Part shown: positions 40,042 through 50,615 of the stretch, piece after piece
Layout of the letters: each line of letters opens with the position of its first letter
How positions within the stretch are numbered: the first letter of the stretch is position 1
The notes under the pieces: model-generated
Databases searched by the model: none
What the model was told of the DNA's origin: nothing
The model's input: only the letters and a program-made list of their open reading frames with translations
Position numbers and translations under genes: made by a program
Virus record (IMG/VR): IMGVR_UViG_2541047319_000002
Length of the DNA: 64,000 bases
Origin: an uncultured virus (IMG/VR IMGVR_UViG_2541047319_000002)
Lineage: Duplodnaviria > Heunggongvirae > Uroviricota > Caudoviricetes
Strand: one strand, 5' to 3'

Positions 40042-41163
40042 TTGAAATCTTATAAAGAAAAACAGTTTTTAGTATTTGAATTTGAAGATGGGAAGAATGT
40101 AAAGTATAATTTGGCAACAGGAGAATACGTTGGTAAATCTGGAAGGATTGTAAAAGATGTGTGTACTCAACTTAGAGGATATAATTTACATGAGGTAATA
40201 AATTCTTTTGAAGATGAAAATTATAAGTGTTTTTTAAATTTTGTAGATGGAAGAGTAAATAGAAGTAAGAGTAGCAGAGCTTGGGGAAGGAGGGTTGAAA
40301 GAATAAGAAATATAGGAAGTTTTTTAAATGAAATAAATAATTATTCTGAGTATGAACAATTATTCTCAGCAGGATTAAAAAAAATAATTTATCCGATACA
40401 TTGTGATATTAAGAGTATACCTAAAGGTCTTATTTCTATCTGTAGGAATTATAGTATTACTTTGAGTGACCGATTGATACAAGGGTATAGTAAAAACCCA
40501 AATTTGTATAATAATTTATTAAGTTTAGAATTGAATTCAATAAGAAAAACTAATTTAATTTCAATTCTTGATTCTGGTTATGATAGAATGATATTTGATA
40601 GATTAATAGACATATATAAATATAAACCTCAATCACTTATAAATTATATAGATAATCTGATGACATATGAAGCATTAAATGGGCTTGAAAGCACTCTAAA
40701 CGAATTATATGACTATGTTGTTATGATGAGTGTAATAAGTGATAAATATGAAAAATATCCAAGACATTTCTTAACAACTCATAAAATAGCATCTCGAAAT
40801 TATAATCGTCTTAAAACTCAATTTGAAGAAGAAGTATTTAATAAAAGAATAGACAAGTCACTAGAATATTCATATCAAGATTATAAATTTATATACCCTA
40901 AAAATACAAATGAAATTAAAGATGAAGCAGTACAACAAAATAATTGTGTAAGTAGTTATATTCAAAATGTTATAGATGGAAAATGTCATATATTATTTAT
41001 GAGAAAAAAGGATAATCCAAGTAAAAGTTTAGTAACAATTGAAGTTAGAAATGGCAAAATAGTCCAAGCTAAAGGTAAATATAATAGAGATGTCAATGAA
41101 AGAGAGCAAGAAGCAATTGATAAATATAATAATAGAATAGAAAGGATGAAGAAAATATGTTAA
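40042..41163 (+). CDS. PcfJ-like domain protein
   Basis: C-terminal EAVQQNNCVSSY...ILFMRKKDNPSKSLVTIEV...QAKGKYN. Confidence 0.75.
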   Translation: MKSYKEKQFLVFEFEDGKNVKYNLATGEYVGKSGRIVKDVCTQLRGYNLHEVINSFEDENYKCFLNFVDGRVNRSKSSRAWGRRVERIRNIGSFLNEINNYSEYEQLFSAGLKKIIYPIHCDIKSIPKGLISICRNYSITLSDRLIQGYSKNPNLYNNLLSLELNSIRKTNLISILDSGYDRMIFDRLIDIYKYKPQSLINYIDNLMTYEALNGLESTLNELYDYVVMMSVISDKYEKYPRHFLTTHKIASRNYNRLKTQFEEEVFNKRIDKSLEYSYQDYKFIYPKNTNEIKDEAVQQNNCVSSYIQNVIDGKCHILFMRKKDNPSKSLVTIEVRNGKIVQAKGKYNRDVNEREQEAIDKYNNRIERMKKIC

Positions 41164-41582
41164 TAGAAGGAACTAAAATAAGATTAATGAAAGAAATACA
41201 AGGTTTTGAGATGTTAAAAATAGGAGATATATTTATTATTACATCTGTGGGAAATAATGGAACTATACATTTTAAAACAGATTATGGAATAGGTTTTATG
41301 AACTATAGTGAATTTGAAGCATATTTTGAAATTGTTCAACAAAAGAAAAAATATGAATGGGGTGCATGGTCTATAAGAGGAGATTTCTCTGGAGCATATC
41401 TATATAGAACAAATGGGAAAAAAGTAGAAGTTAGAAAAGGAAATTTTAAAGCATCCTCTACTTGCCATGATACAGATGAATTTAATTTAAATAAAGGTAT
41501 TAAGTTATGTCTGGCAAGAATTGAAGTTAAAAAAGCAAAGAAACAAGTAAATTTAGTATTAGATGAAATAAATAATAAATAA
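41157..41582 (+). CDS. Hypothetical phage protein
   Basis: STCHDTDEFNLNKGIKLCLAR. Confidence 0.7.
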   Translation: MLIEGTKIRLMKEIQGFEMLKIGDIFIITSVGNNGTIHFKTDYGIGFMNYSEFEAYFEIVQQKKKYEWGAWSIRGDFSGAYLYRTNGKKVEVRKGNFKASSTCHDTDEFNLNKGIKLCLARIEVKKAKKQVNLVLDEINNK

Positions 41583-41613
41583 ATTTATCATTTTAATATG
41601 ATTGGAGGTCTTT

Positions 41614-42174
41614 ATGAGGTGGAGAAATATATTAGTAACAAGTGTTTTAGTAATGGGTAGTAGCATACATATATTTGCTAATACTAAAGAAATGAGTACT
41701 AGCAGGATGGATAAAAATATTGTAGCAGATACAGCTAAAAATATTAACTTAATGTATAAATATGAGTGGGAGCAACACAAAAATAGTTCTGAATATAAAT
41801 TAGAAATCAAGAGAATTAATTTAGAAAAGGACTTAGGAATAAAAATAGAAAAATTAATTCCTGTAACATGGGAAGTAAGTTACTATACTTCTTTAAACTG
41901 TGAAAATAGTGAATATGGAGCTATTACAGCTACAGGAGAAAAATTACAATATGGGTTTGTGGCCAATAATCATCTTAAATTCGGAACTAAAATATTAGTT
42001 GATGGAAATTTAAAGGTGGTTAAAGATAGAGGTTCTAATAAATATTTTGGTAATTCTAATGCTATAGATGTATTTGTACCAAAATTAGAGGGGGAGAGTG
42101 ATTATAAATATTATAAGAGAGTAAACAACATGGGAAGACATTATAAAGAAGGATATATTATAGTTGAAGGTTAG
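41614..42174 (+). CDS. Secreted 3D-domain (MltA-like) cell-wall protein
   Basis: Signal peptide; GAITATG...FGTKILV...VKDRG...AIDVF. Confidence 0.8.
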   Translation: MRWRNILVTSVLVMGSSIHIFANTKEMSTSRMDKNIVADTAKNINLMYKYEWEQHKNSSEYKLEIKRINLEKDLGIKIEKLIPVTWEVSYYTSLNCENSEYGAITATGEKLQYGFVANNHLKFGTKILVDGNLKVVKDRGSNKYFGNSNAIDVFVPKLEGESDYKYYKRVNNMGRHYKEGYIIVEG

Positions 42175-42185
42175 GAGTTGATAAA

Positions 42186-42854
42186 TTGAATGTAAATGGA
42201 ATAAAAATACCAGGAATTATTGATGTGTCAAATGTGTATGTTTATGGAATCAAAGAAAGTATAATTGCAAGTGGTTATCCGATGTATGAACAACAGGTAA
42301 TAGATATGAAAAAAATAAACATTTCAGAAAAAGATTTAAAACGAGCAAATCAATTAGGCAAATCAAAACAAGGTTCAGGTCATGATTGCTTTTCTAAAGG
42401 AATTATCATTCAAATGGATTTACAATGGTCAGAATATATGTGGAGACAATGGGACAGATATCATCATAATGATTATGTGTCTAGTCAAAGTAAAATGCAT
42501 AGATTATCTAAATTTAATCTTGATGATATGTGTAATAAATATGTTGATAAAAATACAATAAATTTTCTAAATGAGTTAATTCATGAGTACAATAACTTTG
42601 AAGAATTGAAATTGAATAATTCTAATAATATTATTCTTAGAAATGGAGAAAAAGTTGAAGTCACAAAAGAAACTCTTTGGAAAATCATAATATCAAATTG
42701 CCCGTCAGGATTGATGCTAACTGCAAGAGTTACATTAAATTATCTACAAATAAAATCTATGATAAATCAAAGAGAAAATCATAAAATGGAGGAATGGAGA
42801 ATTCTGTGTGACTTTTTTAAAACACTACCAAAATATAAAGAATTAATGATGTAA
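42186..42854 (+). CDS. ThyX-like phage protein
   Basis: GHDCF...QWDRYH...SSQSKMHR...LNYLQIKSMINQRENHKMEEW. Confidence 0.5.
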   Translation: MNVNGIKIPGIIDVSNVYVYGIKESIIASGYPMYEQQVIDMKKINISEKDLKRANQLGKSKQGSGHDCFSKGIIIQMDLQWSEYMWRQWDRYHHNDYVSSQSKMHRLSKFNLDDMCNKYVDKNTINFLNELIHEYNNFEELKLNNSNNIILRNGEKVEVTKETLWKIIISNCPSGLMLTARVTLNYLQIKSMINQRENHKMEEWRILCDFFKTLPKYKELMM

Positions 42855-42899
42855 TAGTTTTGTTAGCAATTAAATTTTAAATATAAAGGAGAAGTGGGT

Positions 42900-43793
42900 A
42901 TGGCAGAAAAAAGAATAAATTATAATCAAGTATTTGTATCAGGAGAAGTTTTAGACATTTTAAATATAGCTAGAATGAATCAAGGAACTGGCCAAGAAGC
43001 TATAAGATTTACCTTAAAGGTTGAAACAGCACCAAACGAATCAGTAAATGTAGATTACTTTACATCAATGTTTAAGTCAGATGGTTCACCAAATCAAATG
43101 TTTTTAGGAATAGAGACAATAGCTAATGAAATAAAAACTAGAGCAGAAGATGGAAAAGGTGATATTGTTAGATGTGTTTGTTCATTAGACAATAACTTAT
43201 ATTATAAAGATGGTGAAAAGAAAGAGCGATTCCAAATATCAGGAACTTTTTGCAATAGAGAAAAATATGATGACAAAGGTAATCCTATTGATGACAAAGG
43301 CGAAGTAGTAAAGTCAATAAAAGCGAGTCAGGTCTGGAGAGTATATACATTAATTGAAAATATAGAAGAAAAAGAAGATGATTTAGGTAAGTATTTAGAG
43401 ATTAAGGGTTTAATTAATAAATATGGTAAGCAAGGTTGTAATATGACATTTAGAATACATAATGAAGATATGATAGAAGGATTTAAAAGTTTATATAAAA
43501 TAGGAGATGTTGGCCTTCTTGAAGGTACAGTAAAATCTATGGTTGTTAGTAAATCAGCAGGATTTGGTTCAAGAATTAAAAAAAGTGCTTTTACATTTTT
43601 AGAAATAGAAGGTGGCGATGAACCTTTGAAAGATGGAGACAAAATATTTAGTGATAAAAATTATCCTTTCACAGATAAGAATATAGAGGCAATGAGAGAA
43701 AAAATAAAAGAAAAAGATGAAAAAGAAAAACAAAGAGATATTGATAAAAATGGTAAGACAATTGAGATAAGTGATGATGATGTACCATTTTAA
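42900..43793 (+). CDS. ssb: Phage single-stranded DNA-binding protein
   Basis: NQVFVSGEV OB-fold start; acidic tail ISDDDVPF. Confidence 0.75.
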   Translation: MAEKRINYNQVFVSGEVLDILNIARMNQGTGQEAIRFTLKVETAPNESVNVDYFTSMFKSDGSPNQMFLGIETIANEIKTRAEDGKGDIVRCVCSLDNNLYYKDGEKKERFQISGTFCNREKYDDKGNPIDDKGEVVKSIKASQVWRVYTLIENIEEKEDDLGKYLEIKGLINKYGKQGCNMTFRIHNEDMIEGFKSLYKIGDVGLLEGTVKSMVVSKSAGFGSRIKKSAFTFLEIEGGDEPLKDGDKIFSDKNYPFTDKNIEAMREKIKEKDEKEKQRDIDKNGKTIEISDDDVPF

Positions 43794-43832
43794 ATTATAA
43801 ATTAAATAATCTATTAAAAAGGAGAGATGTGA

Positions 43833-44390
43833 ATGGAAGTTAAAGAAAAAACAATGAATGATGGTTTCAAGAAAGTGGTAAATGAGGAAATAAAGACGTA
43901 TATATCAAATTTATATTCAGATAGAATAGACGGATTAAAAGAGAGTGATAGTCAAATTGAGATAACAAAAGCATTAATAGCCTTTCATTTAGATATAGAA
44001 TCAATTCCAAAGGATAATACAAACCCATTTTTCAGGTCTAAATATGCAAACCTTGATACAATTCTTAAAGCAGTAAATCCATTATTAGCAAAACATGATT
44101 TAATACTAATGCAATCAGCAGAAGATGCAGGTAATGATAAAGTATATATAAAAACTAAACTAAAGCATTCATCAGGCGAATACATAGAGTCAAATTCTGC
44201 ACCATTTAAACCAGCTAAAACTAATGATATACAAGCTAGAGGAGCATTGGAAACTTATTTGAGAAGATATGCAGTTCAATCAGTATTAGCATTATCATTC
44301 GAGGAAGACGATGATGGAAATTCTTTAACAAACAAATCAAAGGGTAAATCAGAGGAAGAAAATTCAACTATTAAGAAAAGTAGAGTGTAA
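43833..44390 (+). CDS. ERF-family ssDNA annealing protein
   Basis: NPFFRSKYANL, HSSGE, TYLRRY, EDDDGN. Confidence 0.9.
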   Translation: MEVKEKTMNDGFKKVVNEEIKTYISNLYSDRIDGLKESDSQIEITKALIAFHLDIESIPKDNTNPFFRSKYANLDTILKAVNPLLAKHDLILMQSAEDAGNDKVYIKTKLKHSSGEYIESNSAPFKPAKTNDIQARGALETYLRRYAVQSVLALSFEEDDDGNSLTNKSKGKSEEENSTIKKSRV

Positions 44391-44395
44391 ATAAA

Positions 44396-44424
44396 ATTGC
44401 TACCTCTTAAATGAGGTAGCAATA
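44396..44424 (+). terminator. Hairpin/terminator
   Basis: ATTGCTACCTC-ttaaat-GAGGTAGCAAT. Confidence 0.6.
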
Positions 44425-44450
44425 AATACATAACATAAGGAGGGGAAATC

Positions 44451-45002
44451 TTGAATTGTAAGTGTAGGTTTTGTAAAAAGAAATTAAATACAAATGATGC
44501 TTATAAAGTAGAGCATATTACATCTGGAGGAAATAAGCAGAATAGATATTATTGCAATGAACAGGAATATAGAAAAGAGCAACAGGATATATATTTCTGG
44601 AAACAATGTCAACTTGGAATAGATTATATTATGGGATATACAGTTATAAATAATCAAAAAAATAAGATGTTACAAGAGATAATAAAAGGTGGTTATACGA
44701 GAGAAGAATTATATGATTGCATCATTGAGAAGAAAGATGAAGTTATAGAATTACTTAACTATAGAAAAGATATAGAAGAAGAATATCCTAAATTATGTTA
44801 TGTGTTTACAATATTGAAAGGAAGTATTAGAGATATAACAATTAAAAACAAGCAAATGAAATATGAAAAAGAAAATGAAAGGATATACAAAGAAGTAGAG
44901 AAAAGTGAAGAATATTATGAAATAATTGCTCCTAAAAAAGTAATTTATAATAAAAGACAAAGTTTATTTGACAAAGTGAAAGGAGTGTATCAAGACGAGT
45001 AG
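44451..45002 (+). CDS. Hypothetical Zn-binding protein upstream of helicase (possible loader)
   Basis: CKCRFC...YYC; position before DnaB-like gene. Confidence 0.6.
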   Translation: MNCKCRFCKKKLNTNDAYKVEHITSGGNKQNRYYCNEQEYRKEQQDIYFWKQCQLGIDYIMGYTVINNQKNKMLQEIIKGGYTREELYDCIIEKKDEVIELLNYRKDIEEEYPKLCYVFTILKGSIRDITIKNKQMKYEKENERIYKEVEKSEEYYEIIAPKKVIYNKRQSLFDKVKGVYQDE

Positions 45003-46569
45003 TTATGAAAAAATAATAGAGGATAGGGGTATTATAGAAACATTGGTTTTAGGCACAATGTTAAAATCATTAACTCTTTTTAGTGAATATAAAATTAGCG
45101 AAAGTGACTTTATAATAGATAAGGTAAAATTCTTTTTCTCGTTAGGAAGAATAATGTCTAAAACACATAACGAGCTTGATGAAATAAGTGTAGCTAAATT
45201 TGTATCTTCAAATAAACTCAAATCTGAATATGAAAGATATGGTGGTTGGAATAGCTTATCATCTGCTATGGAGTATGGAAAAGAAACTAATATAGCAGCA
45301 TATATTGATGATTTAGCTAAGAATAATTTACTAATTGCTTTAGATAAAAGAGGTTTTAATGTAATAAAAGAAATGGAGCATAATGGGTTAAAATTTATTC
45401 CATTTGAAATATTTCAATCTATGAAATGTAGAGAAGTGGAAGAATTTTATGAGGGGTTAATATCTTCATGTAGTGTAAATTCTATAAAAAATAATATGAA
45501 AGTTGAAAATCTTTTACTTACTAAAGATGATAGAGAAAAATTAAAGCAAAAAACTGAAGCAGGAACACCTTATAATATTATATTTGAATACACTGAAAAA
45601 GAAATAGGATTGAGTAATAATGAAGAATCTAAGTATATATATAGCTTACCAATATTATCAAATAGGACTAATGGGATTGGTAAGGGTGGTGGTATAAATA
45701 TAATAGCAGGGTTTTCAGGCATAGGAAAAACTACTTTACTATTTTTTAATTACATATTAGCTATGATATATAGAGGAGAGAAGATAGTCATATTTGCGAA
45801 TGAACAAAAATCTCAATATTTTAAGAGTATGTTAGTATCGTTTATAGCATATAACATATTTAATTATCATGATTTAGATAGAAATAAAATAGATAATGGA
45901 GATTTTACAGACTTTGAAGAAGACTTAATGGAAAAAATAGAAAAATTTTTAAGAGATAGATGTTTTGCAGAGAATCTAAAATTTATCTATATGGAAGAAT
46001 TTGAAATATCTGAAATACTAAGGAAAAGTAAAGAACTTGTTACACATCAGGGATTTACTGGAATAGCAGTGGATACATTTAAATCAGAAGATTCGTCAGA
46101 TGCACATTATACAGGAAAATTAATTGAAAATTCTAAATTACTCGATAGTTTTGGGAACAAATATAATGTAATAACTATGTTATCTATGCAATTACTTACA
46201 GCTCAAGAAAATAAAAGCTCATATCTTTCGGCAGGAGATTTGTCAGAAGCGAAAGCTGTCAAAAATGTATGTGGTTTATTAAAACTTATGAGAAAAGTAG
46301 TAAATGAGTTAGAATTAGATTCTACTAACAAGAAATTCTTTTTAAAACCATATAAATTAAAATATAATAAATTAAAAAAGACTACTGAAAGAGAATATAT
46401 CCAGTTTGATGCAAAAGATTTGCAAAAAGAATATAGATTATTATTTTTAAATAAGTCAAGAAGAGGTCAAGATGGAGATGTAATTTTACTAAGATTTTAT
46501 GGTAAGACTGGTAGATTAGAAGAGATAGGAAGGTGTGAGAAGGTCTACAGAGGACAATTGTCATACTAG
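44995..46569 (+). CDS. DnaB-like replicative helicase (apparent ACG start at 44995)
   Basis: AGFSGIGKTT, FANEQ, VDTFK, SMQL, LNKSRRG; AGGAGTG RBS 7 nt before in-frame ACG. Confidence 0.85.
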   Translation, partial: TSSYEKIIEDRGIIETLVLGTMLKSLTLFSEYKISESDFIIDKVKFFFSLGRIMSKTHNELDEISVAKFVSSNKLKSEYERYGGWNSLSSAMEYGKETNIAAYIDDLAKNNLLIALDKRGFNVIKEMEHNGLKFIPFEIFQSMKCREVEEFYEGLISSCSVNSIKNNMKVENLLLTKDDREKLKQKTEAGTPYNIIFEYTEKEIGLSNNEESKYIYSLPILSNRTNGIGKGGGINIIAGFSGIGKTTLLFFNYILAMIYRGEKIVIFANEQKSQYFKSMLVSFIAYNIFNYHDLDRNKIDNGDFTDFEEDLMEKIEKFLRDRCFAENLKFIYMEEFEISEILRKSKELVTHQGFTGIAVDTFKSEDSSDAHYTGKLIENSKLLDSFGNKYNVITMLSMQLLTAQENKSSYLSAGDLSEAKAVKNVCGLLKLMRKVVNELELDSTNKKFFLKPYKLKYNKLKKTTEREYIQFDAKDLQKEYRLLFLNKSRRGQDGDVILLRFYGKTGRLEEIGRCEKVYRGQLSY

Positions 46570-47640
46570 GTGATGACTATGGAAATAAAGGATTTGACTA
46601 ATGAACAGGTGATAAATTTTATGGAATATTTAGGTTCGGACTTATCTCCTAAAAGCAATGATAGACAGTTAATATTCAATACTTGTTTATGTCATAATGG
46701 TGATTCATACAAATTATTTTATTATACAGAAAGCAAAACGTTTCATTGCTATAGTTCTTGTGGCCATATAGGTAGCTTAATAGATTTATTAATACACATA
46801 AATAAATATGAGTTTAAAGATGCTATTAATGAAATAAAAGATTTCTTTGGTATTTCAAATCAACCAATGCTAAGAAAAGGATTTAGAATAAAGAAAAAAG
46901 TAGAACAGATACATGATATTAAAGATATACAAATAGAGTTACTTCCTACCCCTAAAAAGCCATATGTATATAAAACTTTTCAGCAAGTCCCAATTGAAGA
47001 GTGGGAAAATGAAAACATATCTTTTGAAGTCCTTAAAACATATCAAGTATATTATAATCTATATGAAAATCAAATAGTAATTCCACATTTCTGTTGGCAT
47101 GATAGAGCTAGGCCTGTTGGTATTAGAGTTAGAAACTTAGATGAAGATAAGGCTAAAAGTTTTGGCAAATATATTCCATTATGGTACGACAATAGGTGCT
47201 ATAATCATAGATTAAGTCTTAATCTATATGGATTAAATGTAAATAAAAAATCTATCAAAAATTCCAAAAAAGTTATTGTATTTGAAGGTGAAAAATCGGT
47301 GTTACAAATGGCTACTATGTATAAAAATAATCCCTCTGTAGCTATATGTGGGAGTAATTTTAGTAGAGAGCAAAAAAAGATATTAATAGATTTAGGTATT
47401 GAAGAATTAATCATAGCTTTTGATAGACAATTTAAAGTTAAAGATGATGAAGAATATGTTATATGGAGAGATAAGATATATAAATTAGTTCAAGATATTA
47501 AAGATGTAGTGAATATAAGTGTAATATGGGATAAATATAATTTATTGGGCTACAAAGATAGTCCTAGCGATAAAGGAAAGACAATATTTGAAAAACTATT
47601 AAAAAACAGAATTAATATAGAGAACTTTGTTAAACAATAA
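46570..47640 (+). CDS. DNA primase (Zn finger + TOPRIM)
   Basis: CLCHN...FHCYSSCG; FEGEKS; IAFD; KDSPSD. Confidence 0.9.
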   Translation: MMTMEIKDLTNEQVINFMEYLGSDLSPKSNDRQLIFNTCLCHNGDSYKLFYYTESKTFHCYSSCGHIGSLIDLLIHINKYEFKDAINEIKDFFGISNQPMLRKGFRIKKKVEQIHDIKDIQIELLPTPKKPYVYKTFQQVPIEEWENENISFEVLKTYQVYYNLYENQIVIPHFCWHDRARPVGIRVRNLDEDKAKSFGKYIPLWYDNRCYNHRLSLNLYGLNVNKKSIKNSKKVIVFEGEKSVLQMATMYKNNPSVAICGSNFSREQKKILIDLGIEELIIAFDRQFKVKDDEEYVIWRDKIYKLVQDIKDVVNISVIWDKYNLLGYKDSPSDKGKTIFEKLLKNRINIENFVKQ

Positions 47641-47757
47641 AAAAGTAAAGAAATTAATTTTATGAGAAAATTTTTATTGTTTAGGGATTTATTAGCAGAT
47701 GCTAAATAAAATATGTGTTTTAATATGAGTCAGAATAACAAATAGAGGAGAGATAAG

Positions 47758-48210
47758 ATGAAAATAATGAGCATAAGTATAGATTTACTATTAAAGAATA
47801 TGTGTATTTGTATTCTTGATAATGGACACATTCGAGAGTTATCCAATAGAGATATAATAGCTGATAAATTTATCTTTGAAATTTATAAAATTTTTAATAA
47901 TCATAATTGCGATAAACTAGTGTTAGATACATCAGGAATTGGAATTGCCTATTATCAAGATTTAGAGAAATATATAGATAAAAATAAATTAATTGGTATT
48001 TACTTAACAGAAAAGAATAATTCTAATAAAATACTAATGAATTTCCTTAATGATGAGTCATTTTATAATCTAGGACTAGAGATTTGTGTGAAAAATAATG
48101 GAGGTAGAATATACCCAGATATGTCTAAATACGATGAAATAGAAAGGGGGATTATTGAGTGTATTATGTTAGCAAATTATTATAGTAACCCATCAATAGA
48201 AAGTGAGTAA
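47758..48210 (+). CDS. Hypothetical RNase H-fold-like protein
   Basis: MSISIDL...LVLDTSGIG. Confidence 0.55.
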   Translation: MKIMSISIDLLLKNMCICILDNGHIRELSNRDIIADKFIFEIYKIFNNHNCDKLVLDTSGIGIAYYQDLEKYIDKNKLIGIYLTEKNNSNKILMNFLNDESFYNLGLEICVKNNGGRIYPDMSKYDEIERGIIECIMLANYYSNPSIESE

Positions 48211-48241
48211 TATATTTTAATATGAATTGGAGGTAGGTTGC

Positions 48242-48515
48242 ATGATAAATTTTTCAATAAAGGACGTACATATGGGAGATAGATTATATTGTATGAATAA
48301 TATAGGAAATTATAAAAAAGGTGAAATTTATACAGTTAGTGATACTAGTTTTTTTCAACTCTTCCATAAGATTAAAGGAGAAAATTGCTTACCAATTGAT
48401 TATTATTTTATACACTTACCAAAAAAAAGAAGAATTAGAAAGTAATCCTAAGTCAATGACTAAAGAAGAAATAGAAGATGAATTAGGATATAAAATTAAA
48501 ATAACGTCTAAATAA
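48242..48515 (+). pseudogene. Hypothetical gene frameshifted in an A8 run (48421-48428)
   Basis: Track ORFs 48227-48445 and 48321-48515 join to end in KSMTKEEIEDELGYKIKI. Confidence 0.6.
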
Positions 48516-48535
48516 TAAAGTGAGGTGATATTACA

Positions 48536-49342
48536 TTGAATATCTTCAATAAAAAATATGGTAGAAATGTAAAAATAACAGAGGCAGAACCTCCTTCTCC
48601 TCCTCCCAAACAACCAAACTTCGATATGGATAATATACAATATGATAAAGAAATGAAAAGAAAGCTATTAGAAATGGAAAAAATAAAAATAGACTCAGAA
48701 ATGAAAAAAAATAGTGAAGAATGGATTTGGATTGAAGGATATAAGGGTACAGATAGAGATATGAAATGTAGAAACTTTCAGTATGAACTAAATAAAACTT
48801 ATAGTGTTGAAGAAATACATAGAGGAAATATAAATATATATGACTATGGATTCCATTTGTGTTTAGATTTAAAAGATGTTTTCAGATGTTATAATTTAAA
48901 TTTAAGTAATAGATTTTTCAAAGTAAAAGCCTTAGTTAGAAGAGAGGATAAATATAAGTATGAGATGAAAAAATCTTTTTCATCAACACGTCCAGGAGCA
49001 GAATGGAGCATAGGTGCTAAAGAAATAATATTTTTTAGAGAATTAACTTTTGAAGAATTAAAACAAGATATCCAAGACAAGTTTCCTAAAATAAACAATG
49101 AACTGGAATGGAATCTTATCAAAAAATTAGGTGTTTATAAATATTACAATAAAATATTTATAAATAAAATGAAAGAAATTGGTTATTCAGATATTTTTTC
49201 ACAGGTTTTATTTGATGAATATCATCCATTAATAAATCCACATAGAACTATGAATATACTTGACAAGGCAATTGCATATTCAAAAGAAAATTTATCTAAA
49301 GATATGATAATATATTTGCTTATGAAAGATATAAGAAAGTAA
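48536..49342 (+). CDS. Hypothetical phage protein
   Basis: GYKGTDRDMKCRNFQYE...GFHLCLDL motif; Pro-rich N-terminus. Confidence 0.7.
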   Translation: MNIFNKKYGRNVKITEAEPPSPPPKQPNFDMDNIQYDKEMKRKLLEMEKIKIDSEMKKNSEEWIWIEGYKGTDRDMKCRNFQYELNKTYSVEEIHRGNINIYDYGFHLCLDLKDVFRCYNLNLSNRFFKVKALVRREDKYKYEMKKSFSSTRPGAEWSIGAKEIIFFRELTFEELKQDIQDKFPKINNELEWNLIKKLGVYKYYNKIFINKMKEIGYSDIFSQVLFDEYHPLINPHRTMNILDKAIAYSKENLSKDMIIYLLMKDIRK

Positions 49343-49365
49343 CATATAAAAAGAAGGGAGATAAT

Positions 49366-49809
49366 GTGGACAAAATAAATAAGATAGATTTGATTAAGTT
49401 AAAAGAAATGAACATATATGATAATTATCAATTAAAAAAAATAGCAAGTAAAATGATATTACATCTAAGATATGAAATAATGGATTTTTGTGGTTGTGGT
49501 TCTCCTGATGATATATCTTTTATGATAAAAGGAGTATTGACTTCCATACAAAATAAAGAAAAAAATTGTAATTTAGAATACACAGAAAGATGTTACATAT
49601 TTGAAATAGAATTTAATAATGTTTGTGGAATAATTGGTAGTAAAAATGATTTGATACAAGAATTTATATTAAATGCTTTAAATTCATATGGGTTATTAGA
49701 ACATGGTAGTAGCATTTGGGGGTCATGGCTATCTGATTATGGTAAACAAATATTATGTGCTTTTGAAATAGTTGGTGACTGTATTTTAGATGTTAGCTAT
49801 TTAGATTAA
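49366..49809 (+). CDS. Hypothetical phage protein
   Basis: CGCGSPD...LEHGSSIWGSWL. Confidence 0.7.
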   Translation: MDKINKIDLIKLKEMNIYDNYQLKKIASKMILHLRYEIMDFCGCGSPDDISFMIKGVLTSIQNKEKNCNLEYTERCYIFEIEFNNVCGIIGSKNDLIQEFILNALNSYGLLEHGSSIWGSWLSDYGKQILCAFEIVGDCILDVSYLD

Positions 49810-49836
49810 AAAGTTAGTTTTAATAGGAGGTGTTCT

Positions 49837-50364
49837 ATGGATATATTAAAAATCAGTTACAACAATCTAAACGCTGTATCAAAAATATCTGATGTACTAA
49901 GGGATATTGTAAATGAGGATACTTTAATAGTATGTATAGGTAGTGATAGAGTTTTAGCTGACTCATTAGCTCCCATGATTGGAACTATAATGGAAAAATC
50001 TAATATTAAAAATAAAATATTTGGAGTACTAGGAGATTCAATAGATGCTTTAAATTTAGAACAAAAAATACAAGCAATAAAAAATAATTATACAAATTCA
50101 AATATAATAGCCATTGATGCTGGTATAAGTAAAATTTCAGATAAAGGAACAATTATAATTAGCAATAAACCTGTTAAACCAGGTTTAGGGGTAGATAAGA
50201 AATTACTAGAAGTTGGTGATTATTCAATAGTTGGGATTATAGGTAGAAATAAATATGATATATATGATACTTCAGACCCTGAACTTATACTTGATTTAGC
50301 TGATGTTATATCGAAATCTTTAATATCTATATTATTAGAAAAAGAAGAAAGGATGATTGTATGA
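49837..50364 (+). CDS. yyaC: Spore protease YyaC family protein
   Basis: VCIGSDR, DSLAP, IIAIDA, PVKPGLGVDKKLLEVGDYSIVGI. Confidence 0.85.
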   Translation: MDILKISYNNLNAVSKISDVLRDIVNEDTLIVCIGSDRVLADSLAPMIGTIMEKSNIKNKIFGVLGDSIDALNLEQKIQAIKNNYTNSNIIAIDAGISKISDKGTIIISNKPVKPGLGVDKKLLEVGDYSIVGIIGRNKYDIYDTSDPELILDLADVISKSLISILLEKEERMIV

Positions 50365-50615
50365 TACAGGAAGTCAGACAAGAAATACTATTAAAAAATG
50401 GTTTGATTTTATATACAGGTGATTTAGTAGAAATAAAATACAAATCAGATGAAGATGTAATAGAACATACTTGTAAAGGTAAAATTAAAGAAGCAAAAGA
50501 ATTATTTATTAAATTAGATACAAGTAAGAAATATAAAACTTCTGAAAGAATGATTTATTCTTGGGAATTAAAAGAAATAAAAAAGGTGGATGATGAAGAT
50601 GAAAAAGATAATTAA
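50361..50615 (+). CDS. Hypothetical protein
   Basis: Coupled ORF. Confidence 0.6.
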   Translation: MIQEVRQEILLKNGLILYTGDLVEIKYKSDEDVIEHTCKGKIKEAKELFIKLDTSKKYKTSERMIYSWELKEIKKVDDEDEKDN

